Source: a virus (taxonomy: Duplodnaviria > Caudoviricetes). From it: DNA of 57,527 nucleotides. Location: IMG/VR virus record IMGVR_UViG_3300027780_001348, positions 1 to 57,527 of that record, one strand, 5' to 3'. Below the pieces are notes generated by a model, which saw only the letters and a list, made by a program, of their open reading frames with translations, had not been told where the DNA came from and made no database searches. The translations under genes and the position numbers were made by a program. Positions within the stretch are counted from its first letter, which is position 1; the number at the start of each line of letters is the position of its first letter. This document shows, piece by piece, positions 1-8,589 of this stretch.

Positions 1-100
1 CTCCTGCTGCTATCTGCTGTATCTTTCCACCCCTTGCCAAATATTCCTCTATGGTCTCGGTTGCGCCTTCTACAGTTATCTTCTTTGTTTTCTTCGCCAT
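1..100 (-). CDS. Small protein with SutA-like motif (3' end outside the window)
   Basis: Hand translation MAKKTKKITVEGATETIEEYLARGGKIQQIAAG...; AGGAG RBS upstream; not in the ORF track. Confidence 0.7.
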   Translation of the reverse strand, partial: MAKKTKKITVEGATETIEEYLARGGKIQQIAAG

Positions 101-164
101 GTGTTCTCCTATTGTCTACGCTGCTGCACTGTACCCGAATGCATTCAGATTGTGCAGCAGCAGT

Positions 165-252
165 TGGTGCTCGCACCCGGACTCGAACCGGGACGCTGTT
201 GTATAGCGACAGATTTTAAGTCTGTTGTGTCTACCTATTCCACCATGCGAGC
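165..252 (-). tRNA. tRNA-Leu(TAA)
   Basis: GCTCGCA acceptor stem, ACAGA-CTTAAAA-TCTGT anticodon arm, long variable arm, TTCGAGT T-loop, encoded CCA. Confidence 0.95.
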
Positions 253-257
253 GGTGT

Positions 258-334
258 TGGCCTGCCCTGAAGGATTCGAACCTTCGACCTACAGCTTAGA
301 AGGCTGTTGCTCTATCCAGCTGAGCTAAGGGCAG
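258..334 (-). tRNA. tRNA-Arg(TCT)
   Basis: CTGCCCT stem, ACAGC-CTTCTAA-GCTGT anticodon arm, TTCGAAT, CCA. Confidence 0.95.
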
Positions 335-391
335 TGCGTTAGTGATTTGATTCTCCTTTGAACCGTGCGTTTGAACGTTTAACTTAATACT

Positions 392-420
392 ATAATAGCA
401 TTGAACACTGGGAATGTCAA
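392..420 (-). promoter_or_regulatory. sigma70-type promoter for the tRNA-Arg/Leu pair
   Basis: TTGACA-N17-TATTAT on the minus strand. Confidence 0.7.
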
Positions 421-834
421 CCTCTTAGACGATTGATTGTGCCATTAAATCCGCTCCCTGAATCCGCTCTAAGTGTCCTTGAACCTCCGCTCATGAACAA
501 TACATTTGTACAACACATATGTTCGACATAAACCAGATACCACGCAGCGGGGCCTATACCCAGATAGTGTATATAGATAGCATATACGTATAACAAAGTC
601 AAGACCCTTAATACGTATACATAGACAGCTCTTATAGTGTGTTAAAGGTATACGTATATGACTTGAACCACTTAACACCGTACGTATACGTTTGAGGCCT
701 CACTAAGCTATTAAAGAGTAGTACACAGAGTGTAAGCGTATACGTATACTAGAATCATGATGAATATATATAATACCGCGCAGCGGGGCCACTGTAGGAT
801 CACGGTTTTACGGTCAAGGATCCGTAGATTTTGG

Positions 835-863
835 TTGACTTCACCATAGAAAGATGGTATAAT
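835..863 (+). promoter_or_regulatory. Near-consensus sigma70 promoter with no downstream ORF
   Basis: TTGACT-N17-TATAAT with TG extended -10. Confidence 0.75.
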
Positions 864-978
864 CCACAATTAAACTCCATCGTTTGAGTCATATGAGCAA
901 GGTTTGGCTGCAAATTAACTACACCTTATGACTCGTTTGGAGGTGTTTAACAGGCATGCGTAGAATACTCCACCGTAT

Positions 979-1044
979 GAATCAAACAAATGAATTAATT
1001 GAGTCAAACAAATGAATTATTCGAGTCAATTAAATGAATTTTTT
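979..1044 (+). repeat. Three 22-bp tandem direct repeats (iteron-like), each starting with GANTC
   Basis: GAATCAAACAAATGAATTAATT / GAGTCAAACAAATGAATTATTC / GAGTCAATTAAATGAATTTTTT. Confidence 0.85.
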
Positions 1045-1182
1045 GAACCGTTTGGTACACTAACCCCAGGCCTCCTAGAGCCTACACACGCAGTGCAGCG
1101 GGGCCTTCGCAACGTACTTGATCGAGTACAATAGTTCCCACTCACTAGAGTCTACGTATACGTATAGTCCTTTGTATAGTGT

Positions 1183-1380
1183 CTAAGTGTATTGTTCAGG
1201 GTAGAGTCTACGGTGATACTGTCGTGCTATACGTTTGTCAGTGGTGTATACTGCTAGGTTACCTTGTGTGTCATATACACTATAGAACAGTCTGTGTATG
1301 CTACTACCATCGCTGTTAGTGCTACGTCCAACTGTTGTGTTTATGTAAGCATGTTCACTCATACACGTATTTAACATCAC
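1183..1380 (-). CDS. hypothetical protein
   Basis: ORF track, plausible composition. Confidence 0.5.
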   Translation of the reverse strand: MMLNTCMSEHAYINTTVGRSTNSDGSSIHRLFYSVYDTQGNLAVYTTDKRIARQYHRRLYPEQYT

Positions 1381-1566
1381 TTATACTGTACTCACAACCG
1401 TTCGGTCACTAGTGTACAAGTATAGTGTACAAGTGTAGCCTATATGTGTTAGCTTGTGCAGTGTACAAGTGTAGTCGCCGAGTGTGTATAACAGTATAGT
1501 GTATACGTATAGTGTTACTCTGTGTGCAGTTTGTTGGTTAGTGACTGTGCAGTTTGTTGGTTAGCT

Positions 1567-1752
1567 CTAGTGTAAGTCAGGGTCTCTACCCATGCCACTT
1601 ACTTGTGATTGTGTGTAGCTTTCAAGTTCAAACCGATCATTGGGATAGTTAGTGCGATAGTAATCAAGCACTTCTTGCGCCAATCGATCACTGTCAAGAT
1701 GATTAGCAACTGTTTCTAGTTCACTGTTTATGATTCTATATAATTTAAGCAT
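1567..1752 (-). CDS. hypothetical protein
   Basis: ORF track; TAAATA motif just upstream. Confidence 0.65.
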   Translation of the reverse strand: MLKLYRIINSELETVANHLDSDRLAQEVLDYYRTNYPNDRFELESYTQSQVSGMGRDPDLH

Positions 1753-1779
1753 CTAGTATTTAGACGAAACTACTGTGTG

Positions 1780-1959
1780 TTAACTGTGTATATTAGGATC
1801 TTCATGATTAGCAAAGTCAGCATGTTCATCTATGTCATTGACGTGTGTGCGATCTTCATACGCAGCAATGCGACGGTCTAGAGTGTACAGTCGTTCTGTT
1901 GACCATTCAAGTGCTAGTATTAGCGAGTTGACTAGTGTGTGTGCTAGGGTGCGTAACAT
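1780..1959 (-). CDS. hypothetical protein (59 aa)
   Basis: Hand translation MLRTLAHTLVNSLILALEWSTERLYTLDRRIAAYED... Confidence 0.5.
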   Translation of the reverse strand: MLRTLAHTLVNSLILALEWSTERLYTLDRRIAAYEDRTHVNDIDEHADFANHEDPNIHS

Positions 1960-2322
1960 GGTGATTATATACCTTAAATTTTCTGGCGAACCGCTTCGCG
2001 GCTATAGTCTACGTCCGGCTCGAAGTCTGGACCGCAGATGTAGTAGTTGGCTGCTGCTCTTATTTGATTCAGAGTGGGCTCAGGGTGATCCATGTCAAAC
2101 TCTATGTGTATTGTTATACTATGATCAGCCATATTGCAACTCCGATTAGTGCAACTGTGTACACTGTTATTAGATAGTAGGCTTGATGTTTGATCTCTTT
2201 GGTACTGAGTACAGGAGCTCCCATCTTGCGCAACCGTTTGGGTGTTATTCTTTTTCTCATGCTACTAGTATATACTCATTCACCTTTGTTTGTCAATCGA
2301 ATGTGACTAGTTAAATAGTGTT

Positions 2323-2802
2323 ATGAAACCAAAAAAGACCAACATGCAACACCTTAGAGCCAATGCTGTGTGGCTGATCATGCATCCCTGTCAGACATTT
2401 GGTTGGGAAATGGACACACGCTATCCGTGGCTAGCAATGGAAACTATACGACTAGCTGATCGCATACGTTGGTACACACAGGACTGTAAGCATCAGTTTG
2501 TGATTATGCCTGAGCATGACAATCAAGTGTTGGCACCATTTAGTCAAGTGGGTAGAATGTCCAAGCGCAGAGAACTTGTGGACTACATGAAGGAACGTGG
2601 ACTGCAAGAAGTAGTATACACAGGCTTTCATCATGGCATATGCATACTCAGCGAGAGAGAACTAGGCATGCAGAGTGTGGCATGTATACCTAACTCAGTG
2701 CTCTATCTCAAACAGGATCTAGTAATGATTGGTCCTGGTGGCGGCATTGAAGCATGGGGCGAAGCAGATCGTCAAACACAAGAACTAGCCCACATCATCT
2801 AA
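2323..2802 (+). CDS. hypothetical protein, possibly cysteine-hydrolase/isochorismatase-like
   Basis: VVYTGFHHGICI resembles the catalytic-Cys segment; TAAATA promoter 5 nt upstream. Confidence 0.55.
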   Translation: MKPKKTNMQHLRANAVWLIMHPCQTFGWEMDTRYPWLAMETIRLADRIRWYTQDCKHQFVIMPEHDNQVLAPFSQVGRMSKRRELVDYMKERGLQEVVYTGFHHGICILSERELGMQSVACIPNSVLYLKQDLVMIGPGGGIEAWGEADRQTQELAHII

Positions 2803-2842
2803 ATCAACTAAATATTATTAACATGCAAAGGGAGAACAAACT

Positions 2843-3103
2843 TTGAGTGAAGAAGATTATAGTTTTACAGACGAAGATGAAATGATCATAGAAGAAGCTG
2901 TAACCATTGCAGAACTATTCTACGAAGAACTAGAAATGCTCGAAGAACAACACACACGACTGTTACAAATAAACAGCTCTAATTCAGTGTTGGCTGCACA
3001 TGAACTACAGTGTGTTATCAAATATTTTAAAGCTAGACTAGGCATAGAAGACGCTGACCTAGAGCATCTATATGGTGCAGATCCGGATAGAGTTTTGCAC
3101 TAG
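2843..3103 (+). CDS. acidic hypothetical protein
   Basis: GGGAG RBS, TTG start. Confidence 0.7.
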   Translation: MSEEDYSFTDEDEMIIEEAVTIAELFYEELEMLEEQHTRLLQINSSNSVLAAHELQCVIKYFKARLGIEDADLEHLYGADPDRVLH

Positions 3104-3147
3104 TATGTGCATGTGTTAGATAAATATCTATACAACAAGGAAACACG

Positions 3148-3384
3148 ATGAGAGAACAATTAGAAATGTTAGCTGAACATGGACCTAAATGGGCCAAAGA
3201 ACGTGCTGCTATGGCACTTCAGGTAGCAGAACAATATGATGGTGGTGGCCTCGAAGAATATGAGTATCAAGACATTATGTTAAGACTAATTGAAGAGCCT
3301 AAGATTGACACGGATGCAGGTGATGACCTAGATACAAAGGCTCTGTTAATCACAGCAATACACATGGTAGGGAACATCATATGA
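3148..3384 (+). CDS. hypothetical protein
   Basis: AAGGA RBS; ATGA overlap with the next gene. Confidence 0.75.
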   Translation: MREQLEMLAEHGPKWAKERAAMALQVAEQYDGGGLEEYEYQDIMLRLIEEPKIDTDAGDDLDTKALLITAIHMVGNII

Positions 3385-3620
3385 GAATAAGCGAAGTATT
3401 AGACATACAGTTTGTTGAAGAGCCAGCAAGTAGAGCCCTATGCACATCGGGTAAGCCAGACAGCGCACTAGGTGCTAGTCAACTGTCAAGTTGTAAGAGC
3501 CAAGGCTATCGCAGTCGTGATGGCGGCAAGAGTCACAAAATTGGATCAGAAAGAGTTAAGGTCAAAGGTAAAAAGATTAAGGGCAAGAAGTATGGCGGCC
3601 CGTTACCAGATTGGTCTTAA
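3381..3620 (+). CDS. basic hypothetical protein, putative virion-internal (MRISEV N-terminus)
   Basis: Coupled ORF; shared N-terminal motif. Confidence 0.75.
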   Translation: MRISEVLDIQFVEEPASRALCTSGKPDSALGASQLSSCKSQGYRSRDGGKSHKIGSERVKVKGKKIKGKKYGGPLPDWS

Positions 3621-3623
3621 TAC

Positions 3624-4187
3624 ATGACAGTTAAACCAGCCAATGGAAGTTTAATAATTGCACCACCGGGTATGATTGACGGGCGTTTTGCTCGTACAGT
3701 AAACCTTATCACCAATCACAATCAAGAAGGTACATTTGCACTTTGTGTTAATAGACCTACTCCACACACGCTAGAAGACCTAGCCAAAGAACTTAGACTA
3801 GACCTACAAAATTTACGCTTTCCACTCTATTGGGGCGGCCCTATACAAAAGGGCAGTATATGGATGTTACACACTCCTGAATGGGAGAACGAGCATACAA
3901 TGTACGTTAATGAGCATTGGAGAGTTACTAGCCACGAAAGCATGTTTCATTGCCTAGCAGATGGCGATGCGCCTAGATGGTTTAGAATATGCTATGGCCT
4001 AAGTCAATGGGCACCAGGGCAACTAAAAATGGAATTGGATGGGCAACCGCCCTTTACTAGAAGCAGTAGTTGGCTAATAGCTGATAACACCAAGCCTGCT
4101 AAGTTATTTGATATAGACCCTAGTGAACTTTGGGATCATAGTATTAGCGTATCAGCCAAGCAGTCGGTTAACAACTGGCTGGCCTAA
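3624..4187 (+). CDS. YqgE/AlgH (DUF179) family protein
   Basis: LIIAPP...F.RTV, VNRP, YWGGP, YG.SQWAPGQL..EL, W.IA motifs. Confidence 0.9.
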   Translation: MTVKPANGSLIIAPPGMIDGRFARTVNLITNHNQEGTFALCVNRPTPHTLEDLAKELRLDLQNLRFPLYWGGPIQKGSIWMLHTPEWENEHTMYVNEHWRVTSHESMFHCLADGDAPRWFRICYGLSQWAPGQLKMELDGQPPFTRSSSWLIADNTKPAKLFDIDPSELWDHSISVSAKQSVNNWLA

Positions 4188-4588
4188 CCCTGTTTGAGAT
4201 ACTGAATAGCATTCTCTAAAACATCGACCCTATCTTGTAGCTGACCCAATGCCCTATTACATGTGTGGCATATGAACCCTCTAAACTTGTTGGTCTTATG
4301 ATCATGATCCAAACACCAATGGCCGCTCTTGCGTCCGCCTGCACCTTTAACAGCAGCAGCACCCTTCTTACAAATAGGGCATATGTGATCATCGCCGGGG
4401 GTTGGGTGTGTGCGTTTAAGCTCTCTACGTACTCTGCCTAGCTCACGCTCACAGTCACGACATTCGGTGCGTAGATAGTTTGCACCAGAGCTTTTACAAA
4501 AACGATCTAAGGGTTGTACTACGCCGCACTTACTACATGCTTTTTCAGTCTGTGTATTCAACATCATCAACATCCCATATATTATCAA
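4184..4588 (-). CDS. Endonuclease VII-like His-Me nuclease with N-terminal zinc ribbon
   Basis: CPIC...LDHDH...RGFICHTCNRALG. Confidence 0.85.
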   Translation of the reverse strand: MIIYGMLMMLNTQTEKACSKCGVVQPLDRFCKSSGANYLRTECRDCERELGRVRRELKRTHPTPGDDHICPICKKGAAAVKGAGGRKSGHWCLDHDHKTNKFRGFICHTCNRALGQLQDRVDVLENAIQYLKQG

Positions 4589-4808
4589 AACTTACTGTGA
4601 ATGTCTTACGTGACTCTGTGTCGTATAGTTCAACGTGGCGTGACTCTAGGTCACGTACTTGAATAACTCCAAAGCCTTCGTATGTGCCAGGCCCCTTCAA
4701 GGGTGTGTCACTAAGCCCTGGAGGCCTATCAAATGTGTCTAGCATAGTTTCTACTTTAAACATGCATCCGTAGCTTTTGCCGGGTTCAATGTCTTCAATT
4801 TTATACAT
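4545..4808 (-). CDS. hypothetical protein
   Basis: ORF in operon context. Confidence 0.7.
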   Translation of the reverse strand: MYKIEDIEPGKSYGCMFKVETMLDTFDRPPGLSDTPLKGPGTYEGFGVIQVRDLESRHVELYDTESRKTFTVSFDNIWDVDDVEYTD

Positions 4809-4811
4809 GGG

Positions 4812-5906
4812 TTACCATCCTATCTTTTCCCAAGGTACGTCTTTGTCTCCAAAGTGTCCGTACACGCAGTTTTCACTATAGTTAGTGTAGTTGAATAAAT
4901 CAAATCTGTCAATGATTCCTTTAGGACTCAAGTCAATCTCTTCACGTATAAAATGTTCAATACTACGATTGTGTCCGTTGCTGTCAATAAGGATACTAGT
5001 AGGTTGCTTTACGCCAATAGCATACGATAACTGAATGTTACACCAGTCTGCCATTTCGTCTGCTACTACGTTCTTAGCTAACCAACGTGCCATGTAGGCA
5101 GCACTACGGTCTACTTTCGTAGGGTCTTTTCCAGAAAAAGCGCCACCACCATGAGGAGCGAACCCACCATAGGTGTCCACGATAATCTTTCGTCCTGTAA
5201 CTCCTGCATCACCGTCAGGTCCACCAATAACAAAACTCCCAGTAGGATTAATGTGCCATACAGTATCTTCATCAATTAAATTACCTAGGGCTGATCTTGC
5301 AGCCTGCTTTGCAAGTTCTCTTGCAATTACTATTTCGCCTTCAGCATGTTGTGTGCTGATAACAATTTGATCAATACGTTTAATAAGACCTTCACGCCTA
5401 GCACCATTGTACTCTACGCTTACTTGACTCTTAGCATCTGGACCTAGGATATCATCTAGTTCACGGAGGCCTTTGAGTTCTTTTAATATCTCGTGAGCAT
5501 AATGAATAGGTGCTGGCATCATACTAGCTGTATGATTACAAGCATAGCCAAACATAATACCTTGATCGCCTGCTCCAAAGTCGTCTGTACCTAGTGCAAT
5601 GTCTGCACTTTGGCTATGAATTTCATTATAGATCTTTAGTTTATTCCAATGAAACCCTTCTTGTTCGTAGCCAATCTGTTTAACTTTGTTGCGTACAATA
5701 TGTTCTACGGCTGCTTTAGTTACATTAAAGTTCTTAACTTCACCTGCAAGTGTAACCATGTTAGTAGTTACTAGTGTTTCAATTGCTACACGGGTTGTTT
5801 CATCGCCGTTCTTTAAGCCAGCATCGACAAGAGCATCTGAGATTTGGTCTGCAACCTTATCTGGATGTCCGTCACTTACTGATTCGCTTGTAAAAATATA
5901 GTTCAT
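4812..5906 (-). CDS. metK: S-adenosylmethionine synthetase
   Basis: FTSESV..GHPDK, GAGDQG, GGGAFSGKDPTKVDRS signatures. Confidence 0.97.
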   Translation of the reverse strand: MNYIFTSESVSDGHPDKVADQISDALVDAGLKNGDETTRVAIETLVTTNMVTLAGEVKNFNVTKAAVEHIVRNKVKQIGYEQEGFHWNKLKIYNEIHSQSADIALGTDDFGAGDQGIMFGYACNHTASMMPAPIHYAHEILKELKGLRELDDILGPDAKSQVSVEYNGARREGLIKRIDQIVISTQHAEGEIVIARELAKQAARSALGNLIDEDTVWHINPTGSFVIGGPDGDAGVTGRKIIVDTYGGFAPHGGGAFSGKDPTKVDRSAAYMARWLAKNVVADEMADWCNIQLSYAIGVKQPTSILIDSNGHNRSIEHFIREEIDLSPKGIIDRFDLFNYTNYSENCVYGHFGDKDVPWEKIGW

Positions 5907-5917
5907 GTAGTTTCCTA

Positions 5918-6202
5918 TTAAATTTGTTTAGGCTCCTGTTTAGCTATTAGGTACATCTTCTTAATGATTATGTCAACATCATCTTCTGTTAGATGTCCTG
6001 CAACAGTGTCTCCGCTATTAGTTATACCCGGCAGTTCAACCATATTGTCGTTCTTGAATACTGCTATCTCAAACAAGCCTGCTGCATTACCGTATGACAT
6101 TTCGTTCTGGATAATACTTAATTCATAATCACCAAAGTTAAGCATTGCCTGTACACCCTTAGGAGTTTCAGTTGGCAGTAATTTAAAATCTGCTAGTTTC
6201 AT
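5918..6202 (-). CDS. conserved phage hypothetical protein
   Basis: SYG...GLFEIAV...V.GHLT motif typical of phage ORFs. Confidence 0.75.
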   Translation of the reverse strand: MKLADFKLLPTETPKGVQAMLNFGDYELSIIQNEMSYGNAAGLFEIAVFKNDNMVELPGITNSGDTVAGHLTEDDVDIIIKKMYLIAKQEPKQI

Positions 6203-6408
6203 TTGTTACTCTCCTGTATTTGTTTAATGATACGATCAGCATCAGGGTATGTTGACATATGATCTATAATGCTGTCTACAGCAGCAATTCGAATCATTTC
6301 TTCTGTAACCACATGCTCTGTGCTAGGTGTATAGAAAGGATTATAGTTAGTAGGCAAGTAGGGTTGCGTCCAACTATAACTTATATTCGGGTACTTTTCG
6401 GGTTCCAT
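6199..6408 (-). CDS. hypothetical protein
   Basis: GGAGG RBS, coupled ORF. Confidence 0.7.
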   Translation of the reverse strand: MEPEKYPNISYSWTQPYLPTNYNPFYTPSTEHVVTEEMIRIAAVDSIIDHMSTYPDADRIIKQIQESNK

Positions 6409-6418
6409 CTACAGCCTC

Positions 6419-6655
6419 CTAGTGAAGAACTTTATCAGTGTCAAAGAAAGGTAGTACGTCACCCTTCTTAGCTACGATTGATGCAACCATTTTATTAAAG
6501 TCACGTTCATCAAGTGAAGTTTTGTACAAGCGAAGCGCAATTGACGTTAGCACCGCAGCTACAGCTAACGGGTCTTCGTTCTCTTGAATCTCTAAGGCTA
6601 CTTCTGCAAAAAAGTGATTGTACAGCTCTTGTAGCTGTGAGTCGTTTGTTTTCAT
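6419..6655 (-). CDS. hypothetical protein (start moved to MKTNDS)
   Basis: AAGGA RBS upstream of the internal ATG. Confidence 0.7.
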   Translation of the reverse strand: MKTNDSQLQELYNHFFAEVALEIQENEDPLAVAAVLTSIALRLYKTSLDERDFNKMVASIVAKKGDVLPFFDTDKVLH

Positions 6656-6680
6656 TTTATTATTCCTTGCTTTCATTTTA

Positions 6681-6845
6681 TTAATCGTGATACCCATCAT
6701 CTTCTTCAACAACAACTGACTTAGGCTTTTTACTCAGTTCTTCTATTCTTTTACGTTGTTCTTCGATAATCTTTTGTTGTTTCTCTAATTCTAAAAACTG
6801 TTTGTCGTTTTCACTAACGACTGGAAAATTTATTATATTACTCAT
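6681..6845 (-). CDS. small coiled-coil protein (54 aa)
   Basis: Hand translation MSNIINFPVVSENDKQFLELEKQQK...; ATGA overlap with the ligase stop. Confidence 0.65.
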   Translation of the reverse strand: MSNIINFPVVSENDKQFLELEKQQKIIEEQRKRIEELSKKPKSVVVEEDDGYHD

Positions 6846-8155
6846 ACCTTCTCTCCTGGTTCAAAGCCTCGGAACGTTTTAAAACGTGGGAAGCGCAAAC
6901 TATATGTACCGTCTTGATTCTGTGTTACTGCATCTGCACGTACTTCTACTAGTTGTCCAATAACATCGCTACGAAGAGTCCAAAAGTTATCGCGGTTACT
7001 GTCACTAAAGCCGCTACCGCAATTGACCCTAACCATTCTTCCATCGTCCATTCCTTCACAAACGATAGCACCGAGTCGTCCTTCATTTCTTCCTGTTCCT
7101 TCTTCAACATCTACAACCTCCAATGTAACCTCAATAAACGGCTTTTGCTTTAGCCATGCATGTGATCTCTTACATTGATAAACAGTATCAATGTCTTTAA
7201 TCATAATCCCTTCGTAACCTTTTTCAATAGCATCTAAGTTATATGCTTTAAACTGTGCATCACCTTCTTCAGTGCCCAGTTCTACTTCTGTTTGTGTTAC
7301 AATGTCACAATAACATTGTTCAAATATCTTAGCAAATGTTTTAAGCATATTGCTTCTGCGTCTTTGTCCTTGTATGCTTTGTCCTTGTTTAAACTCTACC
7401 AACGGAATAATATCAAACAGTGCAAGTCGAGCATCACCAGCTTCAACATCTGACTTTCGATTTAGTTGTGTCATTAACTGCTGAAAGTCAGCACTCATAA
7501 CTTCTCCATCAAGCACAAACGAACGTCCAAACTCATCAATAAAGTTGCTTAGTGCATCAGTGATGTGTGTAAAGTTTTCTAACACTTTGCCGTTACGTGA
7601 GTACTGTGTTACAGTTTTGTTTTCGTGATCAACAATTGTAATACAACGTACACCGTCTAGCTTAGGCTCAATAAGTTTACGGCCAACTAACTTCTTTTCG
7701 TGGTTAGCACCGTCATGGGCGAGCATACATTCAAACACAGGTACTTTATACTGTGGAAACTCTTTAGCTACTTTGTTAACAGTCTTTTCGCTCATTCCAC
7801 AACGCAAGTCTTTAATAAGAATACGTCTATAAAAACCATTCCATTGATCAGTAGTAGCAACACTCATTGCAAGTTCAATTGCGTCACGTGCCGCATGTCC
7901 TGTTAGTTTACGTTTGTACAATGCTTCAGCAAGTTCAGCAAAGTTTGTCCAACTTAGGCCTTGTCCGGTAAGTACATCTGAACGCTCAGGCACTTGCTTC
8001 ACACCAAAAGTATATGTTTTATCAAGAGCCATTCGAACACCTTCAAAGAACTCATCTAGTCCTTCTTGCATTGCTGCTTCGAGGATTGCTTGTTTGGCTA
8101 GTTTGCTATTGTCAGCTTCTAACTGTGCGATAATATCTTGCGGTTGTGTTCTCAT
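6842..8155 (-). CDS. ATP-dependent DNA ligase
   Basis: EPKLDGVR, LDGEV, YEGIMIK, WLKQK, SLRFPRF motifs. Confidence 0.96.
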   Translation of the reverse strand: MRTQPQDIIAQLEADNSKLAKQAILEAAMQEGLDEFFEGVRMALDKTYTFGVKQVPERSDVLTGQGLSWTNFAELAEALYKRKLTGHAARDAIELAMSVATTDQWNGFYRRILIKDLRCGMSEKTVNKVAKEFPQYKVPVFECMLAHDGANHEKKLVGRKLIEPKLDGVRCITIVDHENKTVTQYSRNGKVLENFTHITDALSNFIDEFGRSFVLDGEVMSADFQQLMTQLNRKSDVEAGDARLALFDIIPLVEFKQGQSIQGQRRRSNMLKTFAKIFEQCYCDIVTQTEVELGTEEGDAQFKAYNLDAIEKGYEGIMIKDIDTVYQCKRSHAWLKQKPFIEVTLEVVDVEEGTGRNEGRLGAIVCEGMDDGRMVRVNCGSGFSDSNRDNFWTLRSDVIGQLVEVRADAVTQNQDGTYSLRFPRFKTFRGFEPGEKV

Positions 8156-8204
8156 GTATGTTGCTCCTTGTGTGCCTAATTAATATATATATTATAACAG
8201 AAAT

Positions 8205-8588
8205 TTATAGGTCTGTCAACCGATTAATTACCTCATCTACGTTGTGTACATTGATTTCTTTGCCGATCTCGTATACATGAAAATGGTAGTCTTCAATAGT
8301 TTCTTTTAGTTTCTTTAGTATAGTTTCTTCAGGCTCAGCTATCCATTCTGAGTAGCCTCTACCCTCTAGCATAATAGCATAGCCAAACGTGTCTTTGAGT
8401 ACACTCTCTAGTTTACTAATTGGGTTTGACTTACCATACCACAAGTGATTGAACGTAGCGTAATGGCTACGAGCAGAATAACTGTTCTGATAAACTCCTA
8501 GCCTATCCATTGCACGATCCACTCCAGTAATACCAATCTTACAATCACCACTACCCATAGGGTCTTTCATTAAGTATAAGAACTTCAT
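8205..8588 (-). CDS. GIY-YIG/T5orf172-like protein
   Basis: FLYLMK...KIGIT...R...E...SEW. Confidence 0.65.
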   Translation of the reverse strand: MKFLYLMKDPMGSGDCKIGITGVDRAMDRLGVYQNSYSARSHYATFNHLWYGKSNPISKLESVLKDTFGYAIMLEGRGYSEWIAEPEETILKKLKETIEDYHFHVYEIGKEINVHNVDEVINRLTDL

Positions 8589-8589
8589 G

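Larger units (their letters stand above)
540..1565. repeat. Repeat-rich, largely non-coding region (origin- or terminus-like)
   Basis: GCAGCGGGGCC at 544, 780 and 1095; TACGTA-core palindromes at about 583, 611, 649, 681, 738, 1153 and 1502; tandem TGTGCAGTTTGTTGGTTAG near 1523/1546; AGTGTACAAGT repeats at 1411-1470. Confidence 0.7.

Noticed and set aside
34-328. Plus-strand ORFs 34..219 and 101..328
   Set aside because: They are antisense shadows of tRNA-Leu/Arg and of the minus-strand CDS.
335-391. SD-like AAAGGAGAA upstream of tRNA-Arg as a second leader-peptide attenuator
   Set aside because: No canonical start codon follows, and there is no terminator hairpin before the tRNAs.
915-929. 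TTAA-N7-TTAT as a CtrA box
   Set aside because: It is a single imperfect match in AT-rich DNA and is expected by chance.
979-1044. 22-bp repeats as a mini-CRISPR array
   Set aside because: The repeats are directly adjacent with no spacers; there is no cas operon, and the Cas4-like gene is a common stand-alone phage exonuclease.
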